Notes under the pieces: model-generated
Databases searched by the model: none
What the model was told of the DNA's origin: nothing
What the model saw: only the letters and a program-made list of their open reading frames with translations
Assembly (NCBI GenBank): GCA_051294375.1
Contig: CM119271.1
Span: 15,630,770-15,694,769 of the forward strand
From: Paraspadella gotoi
Lineage: Eukaryota > Animalia > Chaetognatha
Direction: 5' to 3'
DNA: 64,000 nt
Shown here: positions 51,464 through 64,000 of the stretch, one piece after another
How the letters are laid out: each line of letters starts with the position of its first letter
Numbering within the stretch: the stretch's first letter is position 1
Program-made: the position numbers and the translations under genes

Positions 51464-53975
51464 TCAGATTGGCGAGCTTTTCCGGGCGTCGCCCGAATTG
51501 CTCATCCTCCTTCCCCAAAACAAGAAGAGCCCAGTGTAAAGCCTCGTGGACTGCTGCCGGAGGCTATCGTCCGAATGTCTCGTCAAGTTGAGCAGCGAGT
51601 TTCTCAATTGAGTCGATTTGGTTTCGGTGCAGAGAAGAGCGCGAATCGAGGAATCGTCGTCGACGTCGTCGTCGTCGTCGTCTTTGGCGTCGCCTTCGCT
51701 CCTTCGAACCGGAAAGGCCCCTAGTCTGGAATTGGTCGTCGCGGCTTCTTTGTTGACAAAGTCCATGAGGTTGGAGAGGAAGTAACAGACTCTCAAGGCT
51801 TCGACGCCGCCGTCGACGAGGCAAGCGCGGAGCCGGTCCGGGCAGTGGAGATTGAGGAGGGCCGAGGCCGAGGATTCGTTGGAGGACAGGTTGACGAGGA
51901 TCTGGAGAGACTGGGAGCAGAGGCTGGCGGAGGAGTCGGTTAACCTGAGGAGAGCGGAATCAATTGAAAAATGTTTAAATCTCTCGCTATATTTTTCTGT
52001 AAACATTGATTGAACCTATAATCTAATTTACATATTGTAGTATTTACTATATGAAAGTGAAAACCATTTAAACTTAAATTGTTGTGAATTCAGGCTTTTT
52101 TTTGGATTGTTTTCGCTTTTATCACTTAAGGAGATAATTACTTAAGATTTTAGTGAAAGAGCTTCAGCCTGATCCTACTTAATGTACTTAACGTACTTAA
52201 TGCTGTTGTTAGAAAATAAAATTCACACATATAAAAGAAAGACTCAAGATAAATTTTAAAATTAAGGGAAAAAAAAAAAAAAAAAATTGTATCGATATTC
52301 AATTGAATTAAATTGAATTGAATTCAATTCAATTTTTACGCTGTTATTGATACCGTTACCATTACTGTACTGTTACTGTTTTTGTATTCAATTTTTTTTA
52401 TTAAATTGTGTTAATAAGAAAAAAAATAGTCATTTTAGTCAAGTTTGGTCCTTATTTAAATTTTTTTTAAAAATATCGTTTTTGTTATTAATAAATAAAA
52501 AAAACCAAACTTTCATTAACGTCATTACTTGATTATGTCATTACGTCCGAGTCATGTTAAAAAAAAGGTAAAAAAAAGAAGTGTCGATTATTTTAAAATT
52601 ACCTTATGCAAAGAAAGAAAGAAAGAACCTGTGGTTTCTGTATGACGTAAATAGAAGTTACATTTTTTTAAACTTTTGCGACGCGCAGCAAGCGATTCTT
52701 CTCATTTATCATTACATAATTTATACTGTAATTAGTGATTATGTCATCGACCCTTCACCCAAAACTCCTCAAATCACCTGGCGGCGTTCTCGACGTCGAA
52801 AAGAAGTTCCGGCGCGAGAGGAAGAACGACGCCGTGAAATTTCGGCGTCACCGTCAAATTGGTGAGCGTCGCCAAAGCGCGGAGCCTGACGCAGACGTCG
52901 CCGCCCCGGGACGCCGCGCGGACGACGTCGACGAGAACGCGGACGGAGCGTTCCATGTAGTCTTGGTTCTCCTCGTTGACGGCCAAATTGGCAAGCGCCT
53001 TCATGGAGTGATCCTGGACGGTCGGGTCGTCGTCGCGCATGAGGTCGTTGAGGACAGGGATGCAGCCGGCGCGGCGGAGCAAGTACTGATTAGCGGCGAA
53101 GGCTGCGGCGTTGGCCACCGTCACAAGGCACTTGATTTTCCACTCGGCGTCGCCGCGGCGGAGCGCCGATGTCAGCGCCTCTGCCTCTTCGGGAGAGAAG
53201 ACGGCGGCGCCGTCGCCCTCTGGAAGGGAGGAGGCGTTGAAAGAGTCTTCCTCCTGTATTTAAAGATTTTAATTTAAATCCTTAGATTTAGAAGCTCAAT
53301 ATTAATATTAATACTATGTTTTTCCTAATTCGTACTTGTAATTCAATTAAATCGGTACTCATTGGTAGCCGGAATTAATCGGTTATTGAGACACCATATT
53401 TATTTATGTTCTTTTAGACAGATTTCGTTGTATAGTATCTGTTAATAGTACATAACATTTTAGAGTGCGTTTTTTCTGTATTTTTTTCTCTTGTTACTAG
53501 GTAAATTGGTCTCTTTATATACTTTTGTTCAGCATCTTTCCCGAACCTTGCTCTCCTCGGCGGAAATATCCAACGAGTCTTCTGCATCATCCTCGTCGTC
53601 GTCGTCGTCATCGACCCCGAAGACGTTCTCCGAATCCGCGGGCGACGCTGACGAAGGGTTGGAGGATCCTCCGACTGAGATGAGGTGCGCTTGGGCGATG
53701 TCCTCGCGAGTCACGGATTCGTCGCGGAGATCGAGACTGAGTTTTGAGGAGGGATGATCCTTCGTCCCCTGGACCTCTTGGGTCCCCTGAACCTTTTGGG
53801 TCCCCTGAACCTTTTGCGCCTCCCGCGTCGCCCCAACCCGATCGCCCTTCTCCTCCGCCCCTTTCTTCTCTTCTTTTCGTCCTCGCAGAGAATAATACCG
53901 CCAGGCGGCGACGGCGAAGAGAAAAGCGCCACCGCCGGTCGCCAAAAGCAAAAGCGTTCGATGACTTTTGTTCAT
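51464..53975 (-). CDS. ARMC10/ARMCX-like armadillo-repeat protein with N-terminal membrane anchor, 3 exons
   Basis: TM segment LLLLATGGGAFLFAVAAWRYY; ARM repeats LVTVANAAAFAANQ, KALANLAVNEENQ, ALATLTNLTV, LQILVNLSSN. Exons 53975-53547, 53252-52778, ~51944-51464 are in phase. Confidence 0.75.
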
Positions 53976-55036
53976 TTTTCGGAGGGGTTTTCGTTTTTAT
54001 TTTTATCTACGTTCGTCCGTTGGTCATCGACCCTTCGTGGCTTTTATCAATCATTTTTCCCGCTTTCCCTTTCTCTCTCTCCCGACTAATTTTGGGGCTA
54101 AAAAAAAAGTATAAAAAGAAAAAACCCGAATCGATGGACTTGAAAGCAGACGAACGAGTGAACTTACTTGTAAATATATATCTCCCAAAGAAGACATAAT
54201 TTTATTGAAATTTAATTATCACTATTTAGAGAGATCGAACTGAGAGCCGGGTTTTTAAACTCATTCGTTTCACCGTACAAAAGCTTATAGGGTAGTGCGG
54301 GGTAATTTGGAAGTAATCCGGCGTTAACTTCCATTCCAAACTTTTGTATATTTTTTATTGCTAAAAATAGATTTTTTAATGTAATATTATTTCTGCCCAA
54401 ATAATTCTGCTTAAATAATCTATACCATAACTAATAATTAATCGTCTCGTTTATCAGATATTAATATTTAAAAGTCATATTACATCAAATATGGCTGTGA
54501 AAGAGGCTTGAAAACGACTGCTCAAAGACGAAATTTATTTAATTTTATACGTCAGTGTTCCGAATTACCCCGCACTACCCTAAGCAGTCTGACGGTGAAA
54601 AAATAAAAACAAAAGCACAACAAACTCGGAGAAAAGGCGGATATATATCCGGTTATATATCAAACTGCAAACTAAAACAAAGAATCGAAGGAGATTCTGT
54701 TTTCTATTTAAAAACTGTAGAGGGGATAAATGTCACTTCGTTACCCAGGGACTTTTCTAATACGTTTTCTTACTGTATTTGACTACAGTATAAAAGGCAT
54801 TTAATATTTTATTTAATATTTCAAATAAACCAAGCAAAATCATCGAATAATCCAAAAAAAGAAATGTGTGAGAAAAAATATAGTAATCCCTCCGGTAATA
54901 AAATTCTGTCTCCTAAACGAGACAATTTTATAAAATCACATTTGACAGAGAGAAGAAGCAGACGATATTCTCATTTCCAAGGACACGCCCACTTCCGTTC
55001 TCCAAGCCGCGCCAATCCCAACACCCCCCCCTCTCT

Positions 55037-55777
55037 TCACTCCAAATCCATGACGAACTCGTACATCTTATTGTTGAAGAAAGGAATGACGGTGCCCAAG
55101 TTTTTGGTGCAGGCGTGTCGGCACACCTCCGACTTGTTCCTCCGCACGTTCTCGAGAAACTCCGCCTCGAAGACGGAGACGCCGAAGCGAATCTTCTTGT
55201 AACGCTGCCGCCGCAGATCCTCTCTCGCGGCGCGGAGCAGCGCCGTGCCGACCCCTGAGTTTCTGTACTCTTTCCGCACGAAAAAGTGGAGCAGCAACGC
55301 AGTCTGCCGATGGAAAGGCGCCGTGGCCAAGTGGCCGATCACCCGCCGATTCTTGTACATCGCCAGGTAGACGTGGTTGCCGCGGGCGCCGACCTCCGAG
55401 TAGAAATCGCGGAGACGACGATAAAGAATTCTCTTGGATTTGAGTTTGTAGTGATTGAGATAAACGAGGATGGCGGGGATGACGGTGAGGGGAGACAGAG
55501 TCAAAGAGATCGTCCACGATTCCACGAAGAGATTCACGCCGAACATGATGACGCCGAGAAGGAAAGGGACGAGAACGCCGCCGAAAACCACGCGATACAC
55601 GTTGAGAAAAGTCTCGTTGTAGCCCATCATCAGCATCTTGACGAGGGGTTCGAGGCGTTCTTCTCCGCGGTCGTCGGCCGAGAGTCTCGTCACGGTCACG
55701 TCCTCGGTCGTGTCGAACTTGATCGGCGACCGCTTGGGGCGGGAGATGCCCGCCAGGACTTTGAACACAGACGTCAT
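55037..55777 (-). CDS. Membrane-associated GNAT N-acetyltransferase (NAT8/camello/NAT14-like), single exon
   Basis: Hydrophobic hairpin followed by GNAT motif A (HFFVRKEYRNSGVGTALL). Confidence 0.75.
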   Translation of the reverse strand: MTSVFKVLAGISRPKRSPIKFDTTEDVTVTRLSADDRGEERLEPLVKMLMMGYNETFLNVYRVVFGGVLVPFLLGVIMFGVNLFVESWTISLTLSPLTVIPAILVYLNHYKLKSKRILYRRLRDFYSEVGARGNHVYLAMYKNRRVIGHLATAPFHRQTALLLHFFVRKEYRNSGVGTALLRAAREDLRRQRYKKIRFGVSVFEAEFLENVRRNKSEVCRHACTKNLGTVIPFFNNKMYEFVMDLE

Positions 55778-56187
55778 TCTCGCTTTTATAAAAACGATCC
55801 TAGGTTTAGATTAAATCGGACAATAACCTTTCGTTTTTTTTTTAATGAGGGAGTTCGAATAAATTACTAATGCCTATTATTAGCAAATTCACGTATTAAA
55901 ATATTCATCGATTAATAAACGAAAATTGTTTCGCGATTTCGCAACAATTCAAAATTCAACTCATAAAAAACACATCGAGATGAGCTGTAATCCAACGGGA
56001 CGATACGAGTGAACTAGAAAAGAAAATTAAAACCCCGATATCAACTTTACCAGTACAAAGAAAAAACGATAAAAATACTGGATTAAAAAAAAAAATACTG
56101 AAACGTGCTAAGCGTATGAGAAAAAAACGAGATACTACAAAGTACTAAAAAAGATAAAAACGAAATACTATATATCTAAAAATAGAA

Positions 56188-58080
56188 CTAAGATCTGCAA
56201 TTGTTCCGCATGAGCTTTTTAAATCCTCCCTTGACTCGATCTCGAACGAATCCAGTGATGGTGAGTCCGCAGACTTTGAAGTCTTTCGTTTCGCAATCGA
56301 GGAGAAAAGGAAAGTGATTGAGGAAGGCGTCGACGCACTGAGCGATGAACACCAACACGTAGGCGTCCTTTTTAGGAGGGAAAAGGGGTCGGGGTCGGGG
56401 TGTATATGGATATCATTTGCATGTTGTCGTATGTGGATCAAGTATAAATATATTTTTAGTCAGTTTCGTTATAAGATTATTCCTAAAAAATTGGAAACCA
56501 AAAAAAAATTTATCCATTCAATAAATACATGTAATCCATCTTTTCGCTATATAATTTAACCACGTCGATTAAACGCAATAAGGATTATAAGCAAATGAGA
56601 TTGAAGAACTATCTCATTTTCAATGAAATCGAATGTCACTTATAAAGTTATAAATAAAAGTGGACGAAGTACAACAAATACTAAAAGTACTACAAATAGT
56701 AAAAAAAAACAAACTACAAGTTCCGAAGCCCCTAAAACCTACAGGTGAGAAGCCCCACCCATAATCCCATATAAACATTAAAGACAATCCAACTATCGCC
56801 ACAACTTTATTAATCGATCTCGACCATCTGAGGTCAACTCCAGCTTAAATCGTTCCCCTCCCCCCACAATTACCTTGATATCTTTCGGCGCGGGGGCATA
56901 TCGATAAAGGAGCTTGCCAAAGTCGTAGACTGTCGAGGCGAAGAGTCTGTATTCGGTCGTCGATTTGAGGAGAAGATTGGGCGTGGTCATAGAAGCGAGT
57001 CCGTGCATCTTTTGCCGAAGAGAATCGGGAAGAAGAATCGTCCGATCGTTGGGCAAAAACATGGCGCTGCCTCCGTGGCGCCAGTCTTCCGACTCCTCGG
57101 CCGTCGGCGGCGCCACCGCGGACCGATCGTCGAAGGATGCCGGCGCCTGAGCGAAGGCGCGCGGCTCCGAAGGAGATCTCAACGCCACCTCGAGACCGTC
57201 TCCGTGCCCGACGCCGCGCCAAGCGTTGTGAGACGCGTCGTCTTCGTCGCTTACGACTTGACAATCGTCCTCCGGCCCCGCGTCTTCCTCTTTCACGGCG
57301 ACGAGAGAACCGGCGCGACGAATCTTCGAATCCCGCGCCTCGTAGACGGCGCCGGAGGAACGCCGCTTTCTCGATTTGAAACGAGAAGGCGCCGAAGAAG
57401 GGAAAACGGCGCCGGGATCGAGACCGTTGACGTCGACGACGGAAATGGGTTCGACGCTGACGACGTCGTGACGCGACGCCGCGGCGACGCTGGCGGCCGG
57501 TGGGCGTTCGCGAACCTGGAGGAGAGTGACAGCTTAAAGGTATTTATATTAATTATCATAATAATGATAATAATATATCCACCGGGTACGCAATTCATAA
57601 TTATTTTTTTTCGTTCAAGCTTTTGAAGGTTTCAATTAAAATATTACTATAATTACTGTTAATCACAAGTATTCCTAAAAACTATAATGAAGTCTTTTTT
57701 AAAGTTTTTTTTAAAAACTTTCTGAGGCTAAGAAGACTAAATGATAAGCATTCCAGAGAAAAAAATTATTTTGCCGGCTTATGTGCATTCGCGGGATACA
57801 TTTAAAGAAGGGAAATATTTCGGCGCACCGTGGGTGTGTCCGTGTCGACGTCGAGCCTTGAGTCGGCGTCGGTCGGTCGAAGGGCGCCGGACGAGTAGGC
57901 GTCGCACAAGTGACCCGCGCCGGCGAACTTGCGTCCTTCCGGCGTCTCGATAAGGACGAAAAGATTGAGGTCGGTCAGCTGACTCAGCTTGACGGCCGCC
58001 TCGACCAGGATTCGTCCGAAGGAGGCCTCCAGGTTGTGGAGGTGGTTCACCAGTTCGATCAGACCCAGTGACGACGACAT
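56188..58080 (-). CDS. Uncharacterised protein with divergent MADS-box-like N-terminus, 3 exons
   Basis: Exons 58080-57829, 57514-56874, ~56367-56188 join in phase 0. ILVEAAVKLSQLTDLNLFVLIETPEGRKFAG resembles the SRF-type core IMKKAYELSTLTGTQVLLLVASETG; basic KSRKRR stretch; helical C-terminal region. Confidence 0.6.
56720..56765 (+). repeat. Fragment of SINE-like family B
   Basis: CCGAAGCCCCTAAAACCTACAGGTGAGAAGCCCCACCC resembles CGGAAGCTCCAAAGCCTACAGTGAGAGCCCCATCCC, the reverse complement of ~3890-3925. Confidence 0.45.
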
Positions 58081-59006
58081 CGCGAGGAATGAATCGTCTT
58101 AACTTTGTTTTGTCCTAATTTTGTTTCTATTTCTGTTTCTTGTATTGATTAAGAGACCTTTTTTTGTTAAACGCAATAATCGGGTAGAATACGCTAGACA
58201 CGCATCCTGGTGGGGATTGGGAATGCTACTTATAGTTAGAACCCTTTACCTTCTCTTATTTTAAATAAACTCGAGCAAAACGGGTTACGTTTTATTTCAA
58301 AACTAGAACGCCTTAATCGTTTATGACAAAATTATGACCCAAAGAGTTAGATCTGTCATTTGTTAACTTCTTTTGTTTGAGAGAAATAATCATTGGGAAG
58401 AGAAAATAGAAAAGAATCACAGGCGATTATTAATATCATAAAATTACAATTGCATTAATGTAATAATAGAAATCGTTCATTATTGATTCGGGGAAATAAT
58501 TTACTTCTTCCCTGCGTTGAGGTTTTATGACTTCCTCCATCATGAACAAGTATTTCACGTGCAAAAAACCCAACCACCATATGACCCCCTCCCTTTTAGG
58601 GATTTGTTACAAAACGTTACAACGCGTTACAATCCTTTAGATTCATATTAGAAAAAAAAAACCATGTATAATAACAATAGCAAAAAAAAAAGCAACTGGA
58701 AACAAACTAGCTGTGAATCTAGTAATATATTCTATCGCGACAGAGAGAAACGGTTTGGAATTAAAAACAAAAATTATAAGGCTTTTTTATCTTTTAACCC
58801 AAGACTAAGAATAAAAACATTACGAAAGGATCTCGAATACGAAGCTCCCTCTAATCCCCAGTCAAAAAAATAATAAATTTTAACCCCCCCCCCTTTTGCG
58901 TTGATTTTAAGCCGAAACCGATGACGACAGATTCTCATAGCACAAGGAAAACGAAAAGGGCGCGCACGCGACGCCGCCGCAGTCAGCGACGGCGCCGCCA
59001 TCTCAA

Positions 59007-59009
<3 letters not shown>

Positions 59010-59049
<40 letters not shown>
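59010..59049. repeat. (CT/GA)n microsatellite directly after the EDF1 stop codon
   Basis: Visible run abutting TGA on the minus strand. Confidence 0.95.
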
Positions 59050-59053
<4 letters not shown>

Positions 59054-60068
59054 CTTCTTGGGTTCGAGAGGCTTCCCCATGTCCTTCCCTCTCAACTTGA
59101 CGCCGAGAGCTCGCTCCATCTTGGAGATGATCTGCTGGTTGGGAATCGCTTTCCCTTGTTCATACTCGTTCACGACTTGAGGCTTCTCGTTAATCTGGAA
59201 ACGAAGAGAGGTCAGGGTAGAAGGTAGAGCTTTTGTAGAGAAGTGAAGATCGAAAGTAAGTTTTTTTAGAGAGGATGAGTATCTAGAATATTAGTCTTTT
59301 TAAAGGGATGAGGATACAAGATGAGTTTTTTCTGGAGAGGTTAGGATTAAGGTTGAGTTTTTTTTTGAGGAAAGCGAAGATAGAAGATAAGGTTTCTGAG
59401 AGAGATGAGGATCGAGGTAAGGTTTTCGTTGAGGTTTGTTCACTCACCTTGGTGGCGAGTTCCTTCTGAGTGAAACCTTTGTTGTTGCGAGCCTGCTGCA
59501 TTACGATGCTGAGGCTGCGGCTGACGTGGTCGTGCCGCAACTCCTCGGATTCGGCGTCGAGGACCGAAGTGTTCTTGGCGGCCGAAGATTGTTTGTTGCC
59601 GCCGGCGCCGAATTTCTTAGTAGTTTCAACGTCGCCGCCCTGACGTCGCGCCTGATTTATCGCCTGACAAAAGTGCCACGGAGGAATCATTCGCTTCTCA
59701 GTATCTAAAGTGTAGCCTTTCAGACCTCGCGTCTACTTTCCCTCTAAACCATTCGCTTTTATAGGTTTTTACCCGGTCTCGTGTTCCCTGGTGATTGATG
59801 TCCAAAATAACCAAAACCGGGTTAATCTTATTGTTGGTTCTTTATTCAATATATTATATTATATTATATTATATTATCCTCACATTAGTTTCTCAATCTC
59901 ATTCCACCCTTCCCATACTCCCCCCGCTTTTATACCCTTCGTCTATCACTCTCATATCACTCCCCGATCAGTCTTTTCCCTTACTCTGTCGCTCTTGAGC
60001 GCGCTCTGACTCTGAGGCTTCTTTCGCAGGTAGGTGACCGTGTCCCAATCGTCCCCGCCCGATGCCAT
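59048..60068 (-). CDS. EDF1: Endothelial differentiation-related factor 1 / MBF1, 3 exons
   Basis: [37 protein letters not shown]|[38 protein letters not shown]. Confidence 0.96.
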
Positions 60069-60555
60069 TTTCTTTATTTCTTTAGTTTTGTTTTTTGTTT
60101 TCAGGATTGACTTCTTGTTTTTACTTTTCGTTTCTTAAAACGAAACAACGAACGATGCAAAACGTTTTGTAACTTGATAAAAATCCCGGGAAAATGATAA
60201 AAAACTTTTTTTTTTCTCTCTCGACGTTTCTAACCTGGACGCGGGAGGGGAAGACCCGATTTAAAAATCTGTCGATCAATACTATTTTTATTTTTCTATA
60301 ATTATATCAATAAACGATCAGTGTAATAATCTATGAAATTGAATAGTTTTGAGGCGCTAATAAAATGACGACTTAATCACAGTTGTGGTGTTTTTTTTCC
60401 GACGTCAGTCTACATTTTTCGATTTAATCTTTTTTTGATTCTTCGGCGACGATCGGCGATTGGAAGGTGAAGGGATAAAACGAAGGGAAGTGGAAAGGAG
60501 GACGAAGTCACGAACCGATGGCACAAAATCACTAAATCTCAATCTCGGGGCGAGG

Positions 60556-61801
60556 TCAGCCGATGACCCCTTCTTCCTTGAGCTTAGCGATGAGAGTGGG
60601 GACGTCCTCGACCTTCTCGCCCGCTTGACGCGTGGGCGGTTCGGCGACCGAGAGGATCTCGACGCGCGGCTTCATGTCGACGCCGAAGTCAGATGGAGAC
60701 TTTTTATCGATCTTCTTCTTCTTCGCCTTCATGATGTTGGGAAGAGTCGCGTAGCGGGGCTCGTTGAGTCTAGTTGGGAGGGAGAGGGGTTTTATTGTAT
60801 GAAATTGATACTAAAGTATAAAAGAATATATTTAATATACGATGGAGATGAAGTGATAGATCGCCGGAGACGACAGTCTTAACCCTATAACTCTGTTAAC
60901 CTCAAGTCCGCCGTAATGACGGCAGGGATGCTGCAGGCGATCGTCTCGAGTCCTCCGTCAATTTCCCGCGTCACTTTTAACCCGTCCCCGTCTTTCTCCA
61001 CCTCAAAATAGAAATGATGGGGAAATGATGTAGTAGACCTCAAGGTCGCAAGTCGGTCATGATGTTTACAACAACAGCAGTTTCGTTCCAGCATTCTCCT
61101 GCACATCCGCGCATAGGAAAGTTTAATCCTTGCCGAGATTCGGCAATAAATTTGGAAAGTAGGTTCATTCATAAAATATTCACCTTCATCAAATCTAAAT
61201 GTAAGAAAAGAATGTCATCCTTTAAAAATACGAAAAATTGTTCTAGTTCTAGTTCTCGGACATCACCAATAAAACCGGACAACCAATCACCTTTGAAGCG
61301 AAAGTTGCCTGAGGCCAATCGAGGACGGCCGCCGTCATCTGACCCGTTTGATTGCAGTCGTCATCAATGGCCTGTTTGCCCATAATGACGAGGTCGGCCT
61401 TCTCCGCTTTGGCGACGGCGGCGATGAGTTTGGCAATTTGAAGAGGCTGCACCAACTCGAATCCCGCGGCGGGGACTTCGATGTGGATGGCTCTGGTGGG
61501 TAGAGAGAAGAGAAAATAATCGTGGATTTCTTCAAAAATCAGATATCTCCACTCACCTGTCGACCCCCATCGCCAACGCTGTCCTGATGGTCTCCTGACA
61601 TTGTGCGGGTCCGACTGAGACGGCCACAATCTCCTCCACGATCTTCTTCTCTTTAAGGCGGACGGCCTCTTCCACGGCGATCTCGCAGAAGGGGTTCATG
61701 CTGTGTTTGACGCCATCCGTCACCACGCCCGTCTTGTCCGGCTTCACGCGGATCTTCACCGCGTAGTCGATTACGCGTTTCACTCCCACCAGGGCGCGCA
61801 T
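60556..61801 (-). CDS. ETFB: Electron transfer flavoprotein beta subunit, 4 exons
   Basis: [76 protein letters not shown]. Confidence 0.97.
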
Positions 61802-62087
61802 TTTTTTTTGTTTTGAAAGGTTTATTTATTACCTAGAGAGGACGCATTACTGTTTTTTTTTTCACAAAAACCTGGTCGATTTTTTTTTCAAAGAAAAAGA
61901 AAACACAAACGGGAATTTTAAATATAATACTTGAAGAGATTCAACTACTTCTTAATGTTAATAGGGAGAAAAAAAAACCAACTCTGGAAGCTGACTTATA
62001 AATAAACAACCGCCTGGATAATTTTAAACAAACAAAAACGGCGCTAAAAGTTTGTATCCGGCGCTGAATGGAAAAAAGAAGAGGCGC

Positions 62088-63576
62088 TCAATCGAAGAGA
62101 GAGAATCCCATGTCTTCGTCGGATTCTTCCTCGCTCTCCTCCTTCTTCTCCTCCTTCGCTTCCTCTTTCTCTTCGGGGGCAGCGCCGCCGCCGCCGCCGG
62201 CCGACGCGGCGCCGCTCGAGGTGGCGACTCCTGCGCGATGAGGCGTGAGTTATGATTAAGAAAGATCTTTGAATTCACAACAGGTCATTTTTAATTTTTA
62301 ATTTATTAATAGATTCATTCATTCATACATCCATTCATCCCTCCCAACCTGCGCCGACGGAGGCCGCGGCCGAGCCGAGGGACCCGAGCAAAGCCCCGAC
62401 GTCGACGCCGTCCAAGGCTTTGGCGAAGAGGGTCGGCCAGTAGGGCTCGACGCTCACCCCGGCCGCCTTCAAGAGGGTGTTGATCTTGTCCGCGGTGATG
62501 GAGATTCCTGAAGAAAATAGAAGATGAACTGAAGCAGATTAATTTGTGGTTCGTTTCAAATGAGATTGAGTTCTTCAATCTCATTTACATATTGTAGCAG
62601 TTTAGATCATTTCTCATATCTTTTGATACGGTTTTCATAGTAGTCTTATTTTACGGTTTTAATAGGTTTTAATAATGATTTAGTTTTCCAATTATTATTC
62701 AAATATTTTATTGGAGAATTTACAAATGGATCTAAAAGTCTCGATGATAGTCCGTTATTAATTCCTGCTATTTGTTATGTTATATCATTTTCGGTGCTGT
62801 CACTCTACCAATAATACTATACTCTCTGGATGGTACTGATTTGGTAATAAATAAAACATATTACTGAAAAAAAAAGGATTTCAGGGTCGGTCTGAACCAT
62901 TATGCTTTTTTCTTAGCTTACCAATTATAATATGTTAATCATTATGCATCTCGTTTAAAACTATTAATGTTAAGTTAACAATACAATAAATAATGAAATT
63001 AACCACTACTGTATTACTTCTCTCGCTCAGTTAAGCTTATCAGATATTAATTCATAGACGTTATTAAGTATAAGAGCAAGAAGAACAATGCGAGTGTTCT
63101 ACTACTAACCATAAGGTCAACAATAATAATAATAATATAATCTATCTAATACTTAAGGGAGTGGTCTTTTCATATAATTGAAACATTCTTTAAAATATTT
63201 TCCACTTCATTGATAGGGAAGCCAGGTACTCTGGGAGTGAATAAACGGGACTGTGAGAGAGTCTTGATTAAAAGCTTGCAGGGACCTTCTTATGTAATTA
63301 TCTTGTAAGAGTGATGGAGGCCTTAAACCACCAAAGCCTGTCCAAAGTCAGGGGCAAGATAGCTTATTTATTAAATAAATGGATAATTTTTATATTGGTT
63401 GTACCAATTTCATAAGATACCCCCCCCCCGTTAGAGTGGTGCATCGTCCGGGAAAGAGTCGCTCTCATTAACAATAACCAATCATGCACAATTGCAATAT
63501 GCAAAATGCTAATCTCACCATCGTCGTGAAGGATGAGGGCGGCGTAGATGCAGGCCAGTTCGTCGTTGGACGCCAT
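62088..63576 (-). CDS. RPLP1: 60S acidic ribosomal protein P1, 3 exons
   Basis: MASNDELACIYAALILHDD..ITADKINTLLKAAGVSVEPYWPTLFAKAL..EESDEDMGFSLFD*. Confidence 0.97.
63195..63409 (+). repeat. Dispersed repeat, family A longest copy (RPLP1 intron 1)
   Basis: 3' part nearly identical to 8605-8756; 5' part homologous to the inverted copy at 19545-19670. Confidence 0.85.
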
Positions 63577-64000
63577 CTTTATTTAGACGATCGAGTTGTT
63601 TTATTTACTTTCAAAATTTTGTTTATTTAGTACAATTATGTTGTGCGAATCTCAGTGCAAGTCGGCAAGAACGCCCTTAGCTCCAGGGGGAGAACAAACA
63701 CCTTGAATACTAACAAGAGAGGAGAAAGAGTTAGTACTAAATTATGTAAAATTATTATTAATGTCATATATTATGTCAATCAAATAGTCAATGGGAAACT
63801 AAACTAGAATTTTTTAAAGGCCGATCGAATGATTTTTCAAACAGGAACTGGGGATTTACTTATAAAATACAATATAAAACAAAATTTATATAACAACGTA
63901 TCCAGTATTTTTGAGACCAAGCACTTGAGGTTTATTAAATTCGCAATATCAGAAGCCTCTACCCAGAACTGGCCTTATTGTGATGTTGTAAAAAATTTGG

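Noticed and set aside
53765-53820. 18-bp coding repeat (QKVQGT x3), and the 30-bp repeat near 47710-47770
   Set aside because: Simple in-frame duplications in low-complexity linkers with no sign of a special function.

Overview
This is a gene-dense stretch of a compact eukaryotic, animal-type nuclear genome with GC/CpG-rich exons and AT-rich introns. I reconstructed 16 protein-coding genes by hand from the ORF track and GT-AG boundaries. Fifteen consecutive genes lie on the minus strand with short gaps of about 0.3-1.3 kb. In transcription order they are RPLP1, ETFB, EDF1, a divergent MADS-like gene, a membrane GNAT acetyltransferase, ARMC10-like, ARFGEF3/BIG3, BLTP2/KIAA0100, an intronless pyruvate carboxylase, V-ATPase E, an SLC22 transporter, SRP68, a dsRBD-Nudix fusion, Rhotekin and a mitochondrial DnaJ. 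The only plus-strand gene, ABHD17-like, is nested in an intron. The main finding is a 22-exon gene of about 1,014 aa at 5766-14824 (-), which the ORF track shows only as scattered pieces. It joins about five dsRNA-binding domains to a Nudix hydrolase whose motif order resembles giant-virus mRNA-decapping enzymes (ASFV g5R / mimivirus L375 type), and its Nudix box is split by the intron that holds ABHD17. Other signals are operon-like co-orientation with AG acceptors just upstream of start codons, unusually relaxed splice-site consensus, an 11-copy tandem array of a working 3' splice site, and two dispersed repeat families, one of them tRNA-SINE-like. Family assignments rest on recalled motifs; no searches were run.
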